NCBI RefSeq assembly: GCF_024521635.1
Contig: NW_026250418.1
Location: 806,001-870,000 of the forward strand
Reading direction: 5' to 3'
DNA from: Tricharina praecox
Taxonomy: Eukaryota
Length of the DNA: 64,000 nucleotides
Shown here one piece after another: positions 49,853 through 61,188 of this stretch. A model generated the notes under the pieces. The model was given only the letters and a program-made list of their open reading frames with translations, made no database searches and was not told the origin of the DNA. The first letter of the stretch is position 1. Each line of letters starts with the position of its first letter. The position numbers and the translations under genes were made by a program.

Positions 49853-50597
49853 TCACACTACGGTGCTCATCTCTGCGTGTCTGCTATGATAACTCCAACA
49901 ACGCACATTAGGGGGTACCGCAATGCCCTCAGCTCGTGTTTAAACCATTTCCTTTACGATTTCCTTTTCCGTCTCTACGTCGTTCCTTGCTCCACTACAA
50001 AAATTGTCGTCGACGGGCTCTAGAGAATCGGGGCGAAATTCTGGGGCAAGGTCACGAATGGGTCGACTGATCTCCCCCGAAGAATCGTGTGGCGCAGCGC
50101 GCGGTAGCCCAGCGGTCATGGGATGTCGGTGGCGCTACTGTTTCGTCCGTGTAGCGCATGTATATGTACCTATATAGCGACTTTTCTTGTGGCGATTCCG
50201 TAGTTATACCATTCGACAGATGACTGGGGGTGATATTTGCAGAGGTGCTTTCTTCCCCGTCGTCCCCGCTTCGGAGCGCTACACAGCCAACAATGGTGAA
50301 TCTAATCTACGATTTGATCACATCTTATCTTCTCGCATCTCACCGTTTTATCATTTCTCCGGGGATGACATGTGGACAGCACTAGTGTACTTTGATTTGG
50401 AGACGATGTTGGAAAGAGTGCTGTACCAGTCATAACGTCGGTCATCTGGAAAATCTGATTGGTACGTCCTACGTACAGGATGGCACGCCTGACTGCGGCA
50501 GCATCGCGAAGTCCGGATTTTCGACGTGCTCCTCCCACGGCGGCAGCAGCAGCAGCGACTCCCGTTCAGTAATTCCGTGACAGATCGCTTGCATGCC

Positions 50598-53296
50598 ATG
50601 TCAGCAATGCCCCTCTTCGGTCGAATCATTGGCGCCTTAAACCACGTCTGGACGATATTGAGGATCAGAGACGTCTACCGGAGTACTGTCGTCGCATATC
50701 ATAGCTTCCTTGCCCGCTGGATCGCCGACGCAACCTCAACGTCGGCGTCGAAAACAACGCGTCCCTGTCCGAGCCGTCGTCCTTATTTCATACCGTTTAC
50801 CGCGCCGTATCTATGCACCACATCGCACTACGATTTCGACGATCGCGGGTTCTGGGATTTCCCCGAGCGAGTGGGTTGGGCACTCGACGCGACGGGCTAC
50901 CGTAACTTCAGCAACGCGATTGAGTGGGCCCAGAATCTTGCGTTCTTGGACGGCTTGTACACTTGCCGACGGCGGAAGATCCCCGAGGAGCTGTCGTTAG
51001 CGAGACCTCTCGACTCGCTGAAACTCAAGTGTTACCGTATTAACGATGATGCCCCGGGCGGATATCGCTACGCCGGGGTTTCGGAGCAAGTAGCCTTCCT
51101 GCAAGCATGGCTGTTCTTCGGCATGTTGTCTGAGATTTCGTCCATCTGTGGACTCTCGATCGATTTGGAGGCCGAGTTCGTAGTTGCCGGGCCAGCCGGT
51201 TCCCGGAAAGTGTGCACCGCCGCACTGGACGGTCTACCTCAGCGATGGTTGGATGCAGCCGACACGCGAATACTACACGATCCGACGACGAAGCACATAC
51301 TGGATTCCGATCAGGCGGCGCGGATCGTTCGGGTCGTCCAACACGCCATGTCTATGCAGACGCGATATGAGGATCCGCGGAAAAGCGAATCTCGGCGCCT
51401 CACATACCCGGAATGCAAAGTTCTGCTCTCGATACGGATGGTATCGAGAGCTGCGGTGTTGACATTAGCCGCATCGGAGGCGTGCGACATGGTCATCATT
51501 CGGGCCTTGATGGATCCTCAGGTGCAGCAATCATTTCCAGCGCGCTGGGATGAGCTCAAGCAATTCGCCGCAGACGAGCTGCAGCGCGAAGGCTGGTGCA
51601 GAAGCGAGTGTAAGCTGTTGGAGCGCATGGACGGCTCCTACGAATTCTTTGCTACTAGCCTAAAGCGCCAGAGAATGGACCATAGTCAATGCGACGACTT
51701 CAGGTGCTTGGCCGACCAAGTGAATGAAGATGTTTATGAGACGGTCCATGTCGAGCCAGGATGTCGGTGCGCATCTGTTGTCGTGGACCCCGAAGAACTG
51801 CAAGCCGTCCTGGCTAAGGGTAAGGTGCCGAGGATTCTGGTTTCCGAAGACTGCCGACTTGTGGTTACGGAAAATTGCCCGTACGCCGCGATATCACATG
51901 TTTGTAAGTTGAATGACCTTTCCCGCCAGTACGAGTGCCTAGATATATTGCCGTCACTAAGAACAATTCAGGGTCTCACGGCCTAGGAAACCCATTCGAA
52001 AACGCTCTTCCTCGGTGCCAAATACGGCGCCTCAACCAACACATCGCGAAACTCCAAGTCGGCGGCAGTCCCGAAGCACGGATGGCCCTATGGATCGACA
52101 CGCTTTGTATTCCCGTCGCCAAAAGTTTTCGAAGTTACCGCAACAAAGCTATCGTGCTACTCGGAAAGACGTACAAGGATGCCGACGCGGTGTTAGTCTT
52201 GGACCGAGAATTAGAGCAGCTCGATACCGAGAGAGCATCACTACTGGAGCAGGAGCTGCTCATGTCCTTTGTCGGATGGACTCGACGACTTTGGACCCTC
52301 CAGGAAGCAGCTCAAGCCCGGAAGTTATTTGTACAGACGCTGCAAGGGCCCCAGCCGGTTGACGTTGATCATCGCGTTCCGAGTCAAGAACTGGAAGAAA
52401 AAGAACAGGCAATATCACAAATATGTTTTCGCGAAGAGATCCAAGAACTTATCCGCAACCGAATCCCTTCTTTGCCCTCCTTGCAGAAATCTACCTTTCA
52501 AACGGCGGATCGTGGCGTTGGCTTGCCGCCCATCTCGGAGATCAGTACTTCCTACCAACGTCTCTGCTTCGCTGTCAAGCACCGTTCCACTAGCAAGATG
52601 ACGGATGAGGCGATCATCCTGGCAACAATCATTGGCGCGGACACGCAAGAGTTTCTCAACGTGCGGGATGTCAACTCCAGAATGTCGATATTCCATACTC
52701 TGATGCGCGAGATACCCACCGACATCATATTCGGAGACGCCGAGAGAATCGGACGTGCTCCATTTCGCTGGGCACCTCGGTCTCTGCTGAATTTCAACAT
52801 TTTCCGAATCCAATCGTTCGGACCACCTGCGATATGCGATGCACATGGACTTCATGCAACTTACGAGGGCCTCGTACTGGATGGTGGTTCGGGTGCGGAA
52901 GCGGAGGAGGGTAAATACTATGCTGAGGACCATGTTACCGGGATGAAGTATACATTTGCCCTTCGCGGTGATCCCCACCGGTCGTTCAGATTACCCGAAA
53001 GACCTGCGTTTCTTCTGCGGTACTACTGCATCAATAACGATGTGGCGGTGGTAAATATCTTGCGGGCTGTGGACAACGGGGATCTTGAAGTTGGCAACAG
53101 TGCCACAGCCGCAGTTCCATACGTCGGTGGTGGGACAGACGGCACCGGTGGCACAAACTGGGTATACGAGGTGACTATTGTTGGCTACTTGGAATTGGTT
53201 GCGTCCGGCGGTTCCTGGGGTATCGACGGAGAACCTCTGACCGCAAACCTTCAGGGAGCAATGACTGGGGCAGAGCAGAGATGGCTGGTTACGTGA
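50598..53296 (+). CDS. HET-domain (heterokaryon incompatibility) protein 1; exons 50598-51903, 51972-53296
   Basis: FLQAWLFFGML, GWC..H..C..C.ADQVNE, YAAISHV|WSHGLGNP, LWIDTLCIP, TYKDADAVLVLD, WTRRLWTLQEA, RWAPRSLL. Intron 51904-51971 (GTAAGT..CAG). Confidence 0.9.
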
Positions 53297-54342
53297 GGGT
53301 GGTGAGGCAGTAAGTGGGTAAGATGTGTGTACTAGGGTACTATGGGAGCTTTTGCTGAGCATGATGGGCGCCTTAACCTTGTTGTCGTGAACGTCTGTCC
53401 GCCTAGACTGGTATATTTTCCTTTGCAAATCATGGCTGTGTACAGCACCCAAGAGCAGGTATGTGTTCATGTGTGCTGGTGTTGGTGTATTCCAGGTAGA
53501 TAGTGTTCGTGTGCGCGACCGGGGTCCGAGATGACCGGCTGGCGGGCCTTCCACTTGGACCACGAGTGCATGCACGCATAGGTATTTTGATTCCTTGAAT
53601 TCATGCGTGGCGCTCTCGGCTGGGCTTTGGGTGATGGACCCTGAGCAGTTCCGTACAGCACACACGATTTAGTCAATGCGACGTTTTGCGGACGGCGAAG
53701 GGACTTGACTTCTCTTGAACTGGCTCAATTCCGGTTTCAGCCCTACGGCACCCCCGCCTTAACATGTAGGTACATACTCGACGAAAGTTGCAAGAGCCAC
53801 CAATACATAGTTCAGATGTAAAATAATAGCCGAATACTATGTACGTACGGAGACAACAGGCGCAGTCGATTGCGTCCCACGGGATAGGTTGTGCTGAGCA
53901 GGCCTGAAAGGTCCTCATATGATACGGTACCCAGCCTCGGCTTGAGTAACACTCTACATCATACGAGTAGCAATGAGGAGCAAGGGAAGGGTAACTACTG
54001 GTAGGCAAGTATTTCATCAAGCCACACGAGTCTTTACGTGGCAAAGCCGCTGAGCTAACGGCCGACTAAACTCAGCCCGTCGATACTCGTGTTGCGTGGA
54101 GCCAACGCCGACCCGTGAAGCCTGCTCGCCCGCGTAGCAGGCAAATCACTGCGCGAGGTCGCACGCGCCGCTGACGGGGTCGGCGGGGGGCTCATCACCT
54201 TGACGGCCCGATGACGGCGTCTTGGCAACTTACGCGATTCAGCCGTAAACCAGCTGATCGTTGCACCTCCGTCTTTGTACTCGTACAGTTATGCACTTTG
54301 CCGTAGTATAGATACCCGACCGTATTTCCTAACCCATTGACC

Positions 54343-55608
54343 ATGTATCTCCCCGCATCCTCCGCAGCTGCAATGAACTCACTTCCACCAGCTCCAGTCA
54401 GTACGTCGAATCCGTCGCCCCAAGATGCCTTGCGTGAGCAGTTCGTGCGCCCGGGCGACGTGATGTCGGTCCTCCTCATTCTCGGCGGCGATGTCATCCA
54501 ACGCGCGCTCGCGCAACTCTCGGGCGGCCCCGTCACTCCCGTCGCCTTTTCGTTCGGATGGGTTACCTACGCGATAAGCGCACTGCTCGCAGCCGTCGGC
54601 GACAACAAGCTCATCCCGCTGCCGGACTCCCCCGGCCTCGTCATCAACTCGCGCAGCCGCTACAGTCGCCAGAACAACTCGTGGATCGTGGGACGCATAA
54701 TCCGCGACTACGAGTTCTGGCGCGACGCGCGCATTCGACAGGCCGAAGCTGCGTTTCTCAGCAAGGCGGAGCAGGGTCGAAACCTGCAGCTCGCCAACGA
54801 CGCCGCCGCCGCCGCCGCGGAAAAAAACGTTACCGTGCCACCATCCGCCTCCGATGCCAGGCCCATCCGGATCGCGCTCTCGGTTGCCGTCTACGACGCA
54901 AGCCCGCATAAACAAGCGGGCGTACCCGACCACGATTGGTTATACTACAGCGGCGTTCTATGTGCCGTTGTGCAGCTAGGAGTCGCCGCCATACCGTGGG
55001 GACTGTGGGGCGACTGGTCGATCATGATGACCACGGCCATTGGTATCACCTTTGCTTTCGCTTCCGGTTCGCTTCCGCAGTGGAAGGCCGAGAAGTACAA
55101 GTGTCGGAAAGGGACCAAGAAGACGGTGACCCTGACTCGCGGCAATGGCAACAACGATTGCATCGTCATTATCGGCGGTGGATTCGGGATGGATATGGAA
55201 GACCTGGCCGCCGGACAGGGTGTCGATATGCCGCACACGCGCATCTATACTAGCATCATGGCCGTCCTCTGGATTGCGTTGTTGATCGCTGTCTCTGGCC
55301 TGAAGGAGAACCCCTGGTTCTTACTGGTCGTAGGAGTCATCGGTATGATTCAGAACGTCATTGTCTGTGGCGCTCCAAGGCGGCCGGGCGCTTTTGGCGT
55401 TCATATTGAGTACAGGAAGGCATTCGTGGGTGGAAAAGTTATGGAGGTGCTCCAGCAGCTGGAGGAAGAATATCCGCGTTTAGGGAGATCCCTCGTTGAT
55501 ACCTACTTTCCCGGCGGCCTCCGTCCCCATGAGGAGGTATACTGGAAGGAGGCGGAACAGAAGGCGGAGCTGGCGGAGAAGGCAGAGAAGGCAGAGAAGG
55601 CGCAGTAG
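54343..55608 (+). CDS. Uncharacterised conserved fungal multi-TM protein (single exon)
   Basis: 421-aa ORF with strong GC3 bias; PGDVMSVLLILGGDVIQRALAQL, PVAFSFGWVTYA, NNSWIVGRIIRD, LPQWKAEKY, LTRGNG, MEDLA, GMIQN and YFPGGL; several hydrophobic segments. Confidence 0.85.
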   Translation: MYLPASSAAAMNSLPPAPVSTSNPSPQDALREQFVRPGDVMSVLLILGGDVIQRALAQLSGGPVTPVAFSFGWVTYAISALLAAVGDNKLIPLPDSPGLVINSRSRYSRQNNSWIVGRIIRDYEFWRDARIRQAEAAFLSKAEQGRNLQLANDAAAAAAEKNVTVPPSASDARPIRIALSVAVYDASPHKQAGVPDHDWLYYSGVLCAVVQLGVAAIPWGLWGDWSIMMTTAIGITFAFASGSLPQWKAEKYKCRKGTKKTVTLTRGNGNNDCIVIIGGGFGMDMEDLAAGQGVDMPHTRIYTSIMAVLWIALLIAVSGLKENPWFLLVVGVIGMIQNVIVCGAPRRPGAFGVHIEYRKAFVGGKVMEVLQQLEEEYPRLGRSLVDTYFPGGLRPHEEVYWKEAEQKAELAEKAEKAEKAQ

Positions 55609-56273
55609 GCGGGTGAAAACGGGAGGGGGACGGTCTGATGCGTCATGGCTCATGCGTTTTGTTTACGATTCTCATCGCTCACAAGTACGGATGGTGGTCT
55701 GAGCTATGATCGCGCCGGTCAGGCAGTGCAGGATTTGAGCGGGGGGGCGGGCCAAGCCGGGCCCGGCCGGGCGGGTAGGGGATGAGAAATACGAGGATTA
55801 GGGGCCGGAGGACGAAGACCCAATGGAAACATGAGAGAGGCAGGCTGAAGATAGCCTGAGCGGAGGATGACCGGTTTTCTTTTTCTGGGGCGGCGCCAAT
55901 TGGCATGCTCCTTTATGTACGCTATGTATTACATAGTGTGTCCTAGAAGGACGATTATGACGATTATGATTATGACTTAATTGACCTACACATGTTATTC
56001 CATCGGGAAACTGCGGTACTGGGGAGTAATCTCCGAAGGTAGCGATAGTTATTCAAACCCGAAGCTGCGGGTGTGATACCAACGGCGATTTCTTCTATCG
56101 TTAGTAGTCACTACGTAAGCTTGAGTGGACCCCATAGCAGCAGACAAGACTTCATTAAACAAAACAAAAACAGATGCTACACACAGCTCCCAGCGTGAGG
56201 TACCGATATACAACAGAAAATGGGAGGATGTTTTGACCCAGTACCGCTCGTATTTGAAGCGGTGGACGACCAG

Positions 56274-58553
56274 TTATCCCATGCACCACAGTGGAGGAAC
56301 GCCATTGGGCACTCTTTCCACTTTCCCCACCGTAATCACACCCTGCTTTCCAATAAAGTTGTCAACATCGGGCTCAACGAATAAGCGCACCAATTTCAAA
56401 AACCGGCAGAACCGAGTCCCTCCGTCTTCCCTCAATATCGAGACCAGTGCATGCAACCCGACCTTGCGGTCCTGATTGAGAATCACCGCACCCCTCCCGA
56501 TTTCTAGTATCGATTTATCAAACGCCTCCAAGTCCTGTGAAAGCTCATTCCACTCCACTTGATTCTTTCCGGACTTTCGTTCCACCGGCCTCAATGACCA
56601 ATGTCGCTTTCCCGGCCCCTCGGTCAGCGAAAAGTGACGATGCGGCCATGTCGGAGGAGTTATAGAGCGGAACTCCAGGACGGGGAGGTCAAGGTAAACA
56701 CCGTTTTCGTCACGCAATACATCGGCGTTTTCGGCGGTTGCAATGCGGGCGCTCTGCTGAAGGAACGATTTTGGCGCTCAACGATACCCCGCGGTTTCGA
56801 GGCGAGGCGTCGTGCCGAATATCAGGTTCCGTGGGACACGGTCGACCAACGAATAGAAGACAGCCATGCGCTCGTCGGCACTCGCGATCGCGGTGATTTT
56901 AGAGACGTCGTATCCCAACACGGAGGTCAAGCATATGGCCTCGTCTTCTTGCCGACTGGTGCGACGGTATTGGAGCACGCGCGCAAGGTATGTGAGCTTA
57001 ACCGCGACATTGCCATGCAGAGGAAGCATGAGCAAAAGACTGTAGAGTGCGTTTTCCGAGTGCCAGAGACTCTTTGGGCTTCTTAAGAGGTCTTGAAAGT
57101 GGACTGGTCCGTCCGAAAATTGGATTTGCAGCTTGTCGCCGTGATTGCCATTCTTCGAGAGCACCGCTTCCTGGTACGTCCACAGCCGCCGGAACCACGC
57201 CGAGCTAAGGATACGCGTGCATTTCTCCATACGGCTTGCGAGCCGGGAGGTGGTCATCAGGCCTGTGTCGAGAACTAGGACGTGCTCTGATTCGTAGTAT
57301 GTTGTGGCGAGACGGGTGATGGCCACCTTGCGGACTTCTTTCAGACTGGGAGCAACCGGGATGCACAGCGTGTCAACCCAGATAGCGAGCTTGCAAGAAC
57401 TTTTCGGTCCGGAGACGGATGGGTTGAGTTCGCTAATCATTCCTTTAATCCTCGACAACTGGCAGTATGGAAGAGAATTGTTGTGGGCATTCCCCAAGCC
57501 CTGCGCCCAGGCATGCGAAAGCGCGACGTACGGACGGTCCGTGACGACTTCCAACTGGATATTTGGGTGATTATCGACTTCGTGTATGGCCACCAGCGGG
57601 ATCTGGCCTTTCCTTAGAATCGAAACGACCTGCTCGACGTCCACCGAGATATGCTCACAACCTTGACAATCCTCGGTATGTTTCGTTTCGTACGTATCCT
57701 CATCAACCTGGTTCGCGTAGCATTGGACCTTTGTGCAGCTGCTATGGTCTTGTGGGGCAGACGCCGTGCTGTTGAACGTGCGCATACGGCTGGCAATGTA
57801 CAGACTCGTCGTATCCAGCAAATCGTGCAGCATAGTAGTGGCGCTGATACACCATCCGCCTTGCAACATGCGTGCTTGTAGAGGATTCGTAGCCCGATTG
57901 AATCCAACTTTCCCGTCGTCTGCCAGTGCCGAGTCGTACAGCGGGACATGGATCGTTATCTTCGCCAGGTTGATGAGCGATTCGCCCAGCACCTGAATGC
58001 AAAGGATGGCGTCGAGCGGAAGAACGTCGGATATTCGCCACGACGTTGGCGACACCGTGTCCTCGTACCGCGAGATCATCCCAGAGACGAGCTTGAAAAG
58101 CTTTGCAAGGTCTTCGTGAGCCTTAACGCAGGACTTTATTGTTCTCTTGCCGGCATCGATGCATTGCCCGAAGTACTGCCTGGCCGGAAAGGTGGTTATG
58201 CACTGAACGGATCCTTCGGCGGGGCGCACAACGAATTCTTCCAAATCGATGGGGACTTCAAAGATTCGGAAAGCCTCGTGCAACATCCCGAAGAACAACC
58301 ATGCCTGCAAGAAAGCAACTTTCTCTGCGGCCGACGAAGATAGCGTCTTTCCATCTCCAGAGACGCGCACCGGCCCATCATCGGTCGTGTAGTCGATCCT
58401 CCAGCCGTGCCGTGAAGGGTAGTCGAAAAAGCCTTGCTTATCGTAGTCGTTGGGCTCGCAGAGACATGGGATCTTGGGCAAAGCGTCTCCCGGTCAGTGA
58501 ATGTCGGGAACGTGCCAGAGGGGGCCCAGGACATCGGGATCCTTTTGGGGCAT
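56274..58553 (-). pseudogene. HET-domain protein 2, paralog of protein 1, with in-frame TGA at 56778-56780 and 58494-58496
   Basis: FLQAWLFFGML, GGWC, YVALSHAWAQGLGN, IWVDTLCIP, WFRRLWTYQEA. GYR*APKSFL aligns with FRWAPRSLL of protein 1, and the frame continues to 56274. The 5' structure is uncertain (ATG 58553; possible upstream intron). Confidence 0.8.
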
Positions 58554-59260
58554 GATGCGACGTCGTCCGAAAGACTTGTCGCAAAAAGTCAGAGACCATG
58601 GTATCAATTTTAGAACAACATACTTACCCAAGAACACTCTACTAGCGATGTCGATGGTATGTAGTAGTTATCCGGAAAAGCCAGTCCGAGTGTCAACCAC
58701 AGATGGACGCAAGAATACTTCTCAACGCACAACCCCCATCTCTTGTACAACCGTGGTGACCCCGCAATTCTCACACCCGCACGGGAAAGCGAGAGTACCA
58801 ATCGCGATCGAGAACCACATCTGCTAATCATATTTACAGGCAAAGCAGCTACCGTAGAGTAGTTACCGTACTGCCCAGAAGCCCCACCTGGCACGGTAGC
58901 CGCTCCGCTTAAGCGGTCGACCGGGGCGATCAAAGAGGGGCGACAAACCAATGCACAAAATTAGGCTAAGATGGGACAATCTTAGTGGAGATTACGATAC
59001 GGTTAGATACGACTCACGAGTAGACCTGCTCCTGTCGAGAACCGGGAATTCGAGCCCTGCAACACACACACGGAGATTTCAACGTTCCTACTATTCTCTC
59101 AACCATAAATTTTTGGAACCCATCTCTGGGTGTTTGGCCCCATTTATCGGTCCATTGTTCCATTTTTAGGAGCATGTTCAGTGCGGGCGGCTTCACTATT
59201 CCCTGTGCTTTTGTAAGGCCTGCTATTTATTCTCACGTGATTGTCGTCAGCCACGCTAAA

Positions 59261-59518
59261 TATCTAGGGGCTTTAGATTGACCATCTGTTTTTTTTGGTT
59301 TGTTTCACATGCAAATCAAACAAATTAGCAAACCGCCAAAATTCCACGATCTTGCTGCTTTAGACTGGCATCAATTTTACATTGACCGTTTATCTTGGGG
59401 CTTTAAACTCGCACCTATCTCTATGTAGGGGCATTTTGTTTGACATGCAAATCAAACAAATTAGCAAACCACCAAAATACCACAGGCTTCTAGAAAGCTT
59501 GTCATTCATAACTGGCAT
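59261..59518. repeat. Diverged ~130-bp AT-rich tandem duplication
   Basis: TATCT.GGGGCTTTA, ACATGCAAATCAAACAAATTAGCAAACC.CCAAAAT.CCAC and ACTGGCAT each occur twice in the same order. Confidence 0.8.
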
Positions 59519-59907
59519 ATATAATAGCTGGACGTCACTGTGCGCTAAAAATATCTAAACTTCCACTTCGCTGGTTCCATTCCCCTTTCCACCGAGTTTT
59601 GGGCCCCAGTGTAGAGATGTGAGACTGGAACGGTTCCGGAACGTCGGAGTCTTCATAGATATCGAGTATAGAAAAGATGTCACAGCTCGCGGCAGAACGT
59701 TCGAGGAAGAGTGGGAACAGGGGCCGGAAGGCAGTGCGGGGGCAGTGCAAGGGGCTGCGCGGGCGGGAATGCAGGAATGAGAGGGAGGAATTGGGGCTGT
59801 GTGTTGGTAGCAGGGGTAGCGCGGCAGCGCAGGCTGTGAGCCGCTGCAGCGGGGTATCAGCGAGGGGGATTTCTCAGGGTCTGGCACATGCCCACGGTCA
59901 TTGTCAT

Positions 59908-60018
59908 TATAATAAAGTACACTGGGAAAGTACTATACCACTTGACCAAAAGGTATTTTGATGGCTGAAGACCATCATCCCAGTGGCCACTTAAGGCCAG
60001 GATTTCAGAACTGTGACA
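59908..60018 (-). mobile_element. Solo 111-bp LTR of the mini-element family
   Basis: 7 substitutions relative to the LTRs at 63434 and 63732. It abuts and truncates the integrase fragment. Confidence 0.9.
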
Positions 60019-60458
60019 ATGGCGTTGCTTGGTCAGTCGGTCAACAAAAACACAGATGGCGTCAAACCCCTTTGAGGCCGGTAGGCGAGTGACAAAGTCG
60101 ACTGAGATGTGTCGCCATGGCTTCTTAGGTACTGGGAGGGGGTGCAGGACACCATAGGGTGCGTGCCGGGTGGCCTTGGTTCGTCGGCAGGTGTGGCAGT
60201 TTCGGACAAACTGGTCAACGCCCTTTCGCATCTGTGGCCAGTAGTACCTCCGAGCAAGTGGTTCCAGGGTTTTCGTGCGCCCTGGGTGCCCCATGATCGG
60301 GTGTGCTGGTTGCTGCCAACCGGAGCTCTTCCGGTAGGTTGTCAGGTTTCAGGACTGCCTGCTGGTTGGCGAGCAGTCTTTCATCCCCTTCTTTAGGGAG
60401 GTCTCCTGACCTCCTGGTCAGTGCATCCGGTTTTCCTCCCGCTTTGCCTGGCCGGTAG
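60019..60458 (-). mobile_element. Ty3/gypsy pol fragment (RNase H end + integrase zinc-binding and start of core)
   Basis: [78 protein letters not shown]; internal deletion/frameshift. Confidence 0.92.
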
Positions 60459-61150
60459 TGTGACACCCCGATAGGTATCAGAGGTCACCACGGTCGCAAG
60501 AGATGTGATGAGATAGTTCGGGTGATTAGAATAGAGTTGCGAGCCGGAAGGATAGTTAGAAGCGATCAAGGACAAGATAGGAAGGAGGGAGCAAACGGAT
60601 TCCAGAGTCTAGACAGTGATCGGAGATGCGGCAGATCGGGATAACAGTCCAGAGGGCTTTGAGATCTCCGTTCATAGGGCCCCGCAGTAGAAACTCCGAT
60701 CCAGGGAAAAACTGTTATGACGAGAGAATCGAACATCGACCGACGGGGGCAGAGAACTTCGAGCGAAGAACTCTGCCGGCGCATGAGGGAGATAATTGCT
60801 CGGAAACTCCGATCTATCTTGGGCGCGTGGTGCTTACCACCTGCCTAGTCGAGAAGACTATCCAAAGAGAGCTGACGACGACTCGAGGCTAGGCCGCGGA
60901 ACTCCGATGCAAAGGAAGCAACGGAGCTACATTAGGCCGCACTCTAGAGGAATCACCTGCTCAGGATCGGAACGACTATAAGTCGAACCGAGCGGGCAAC
61001 CGAACCAAAAACCACAATCATCGCACCGAACAAACCATCGAAGAAACACCCTTAAGATTATTCCGTTGTGAATTATCGAAATCCCTGACTTTTATTCTAC
61101 ACTCGATATCACCATAGACTCCGACGACACAAACTCGTTCCAGTCTCACA
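60459..61150 (+). mobile_element. Probable 5' LTR (~690 bp) of a second Ty3/gypsy element
   Basis: Begins TGTGACA exactly where pol similarity ends and ends TCTCACA (TGTGA/TCACA inverted termini). TATAAG at ~60977. The gag ATG follows about 40 bp later. Confidence 0.6.
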
Positions 61151-61188
61151 CTGTACTCTTAAGGTTACAGTCACCGATTTCTAACGAA

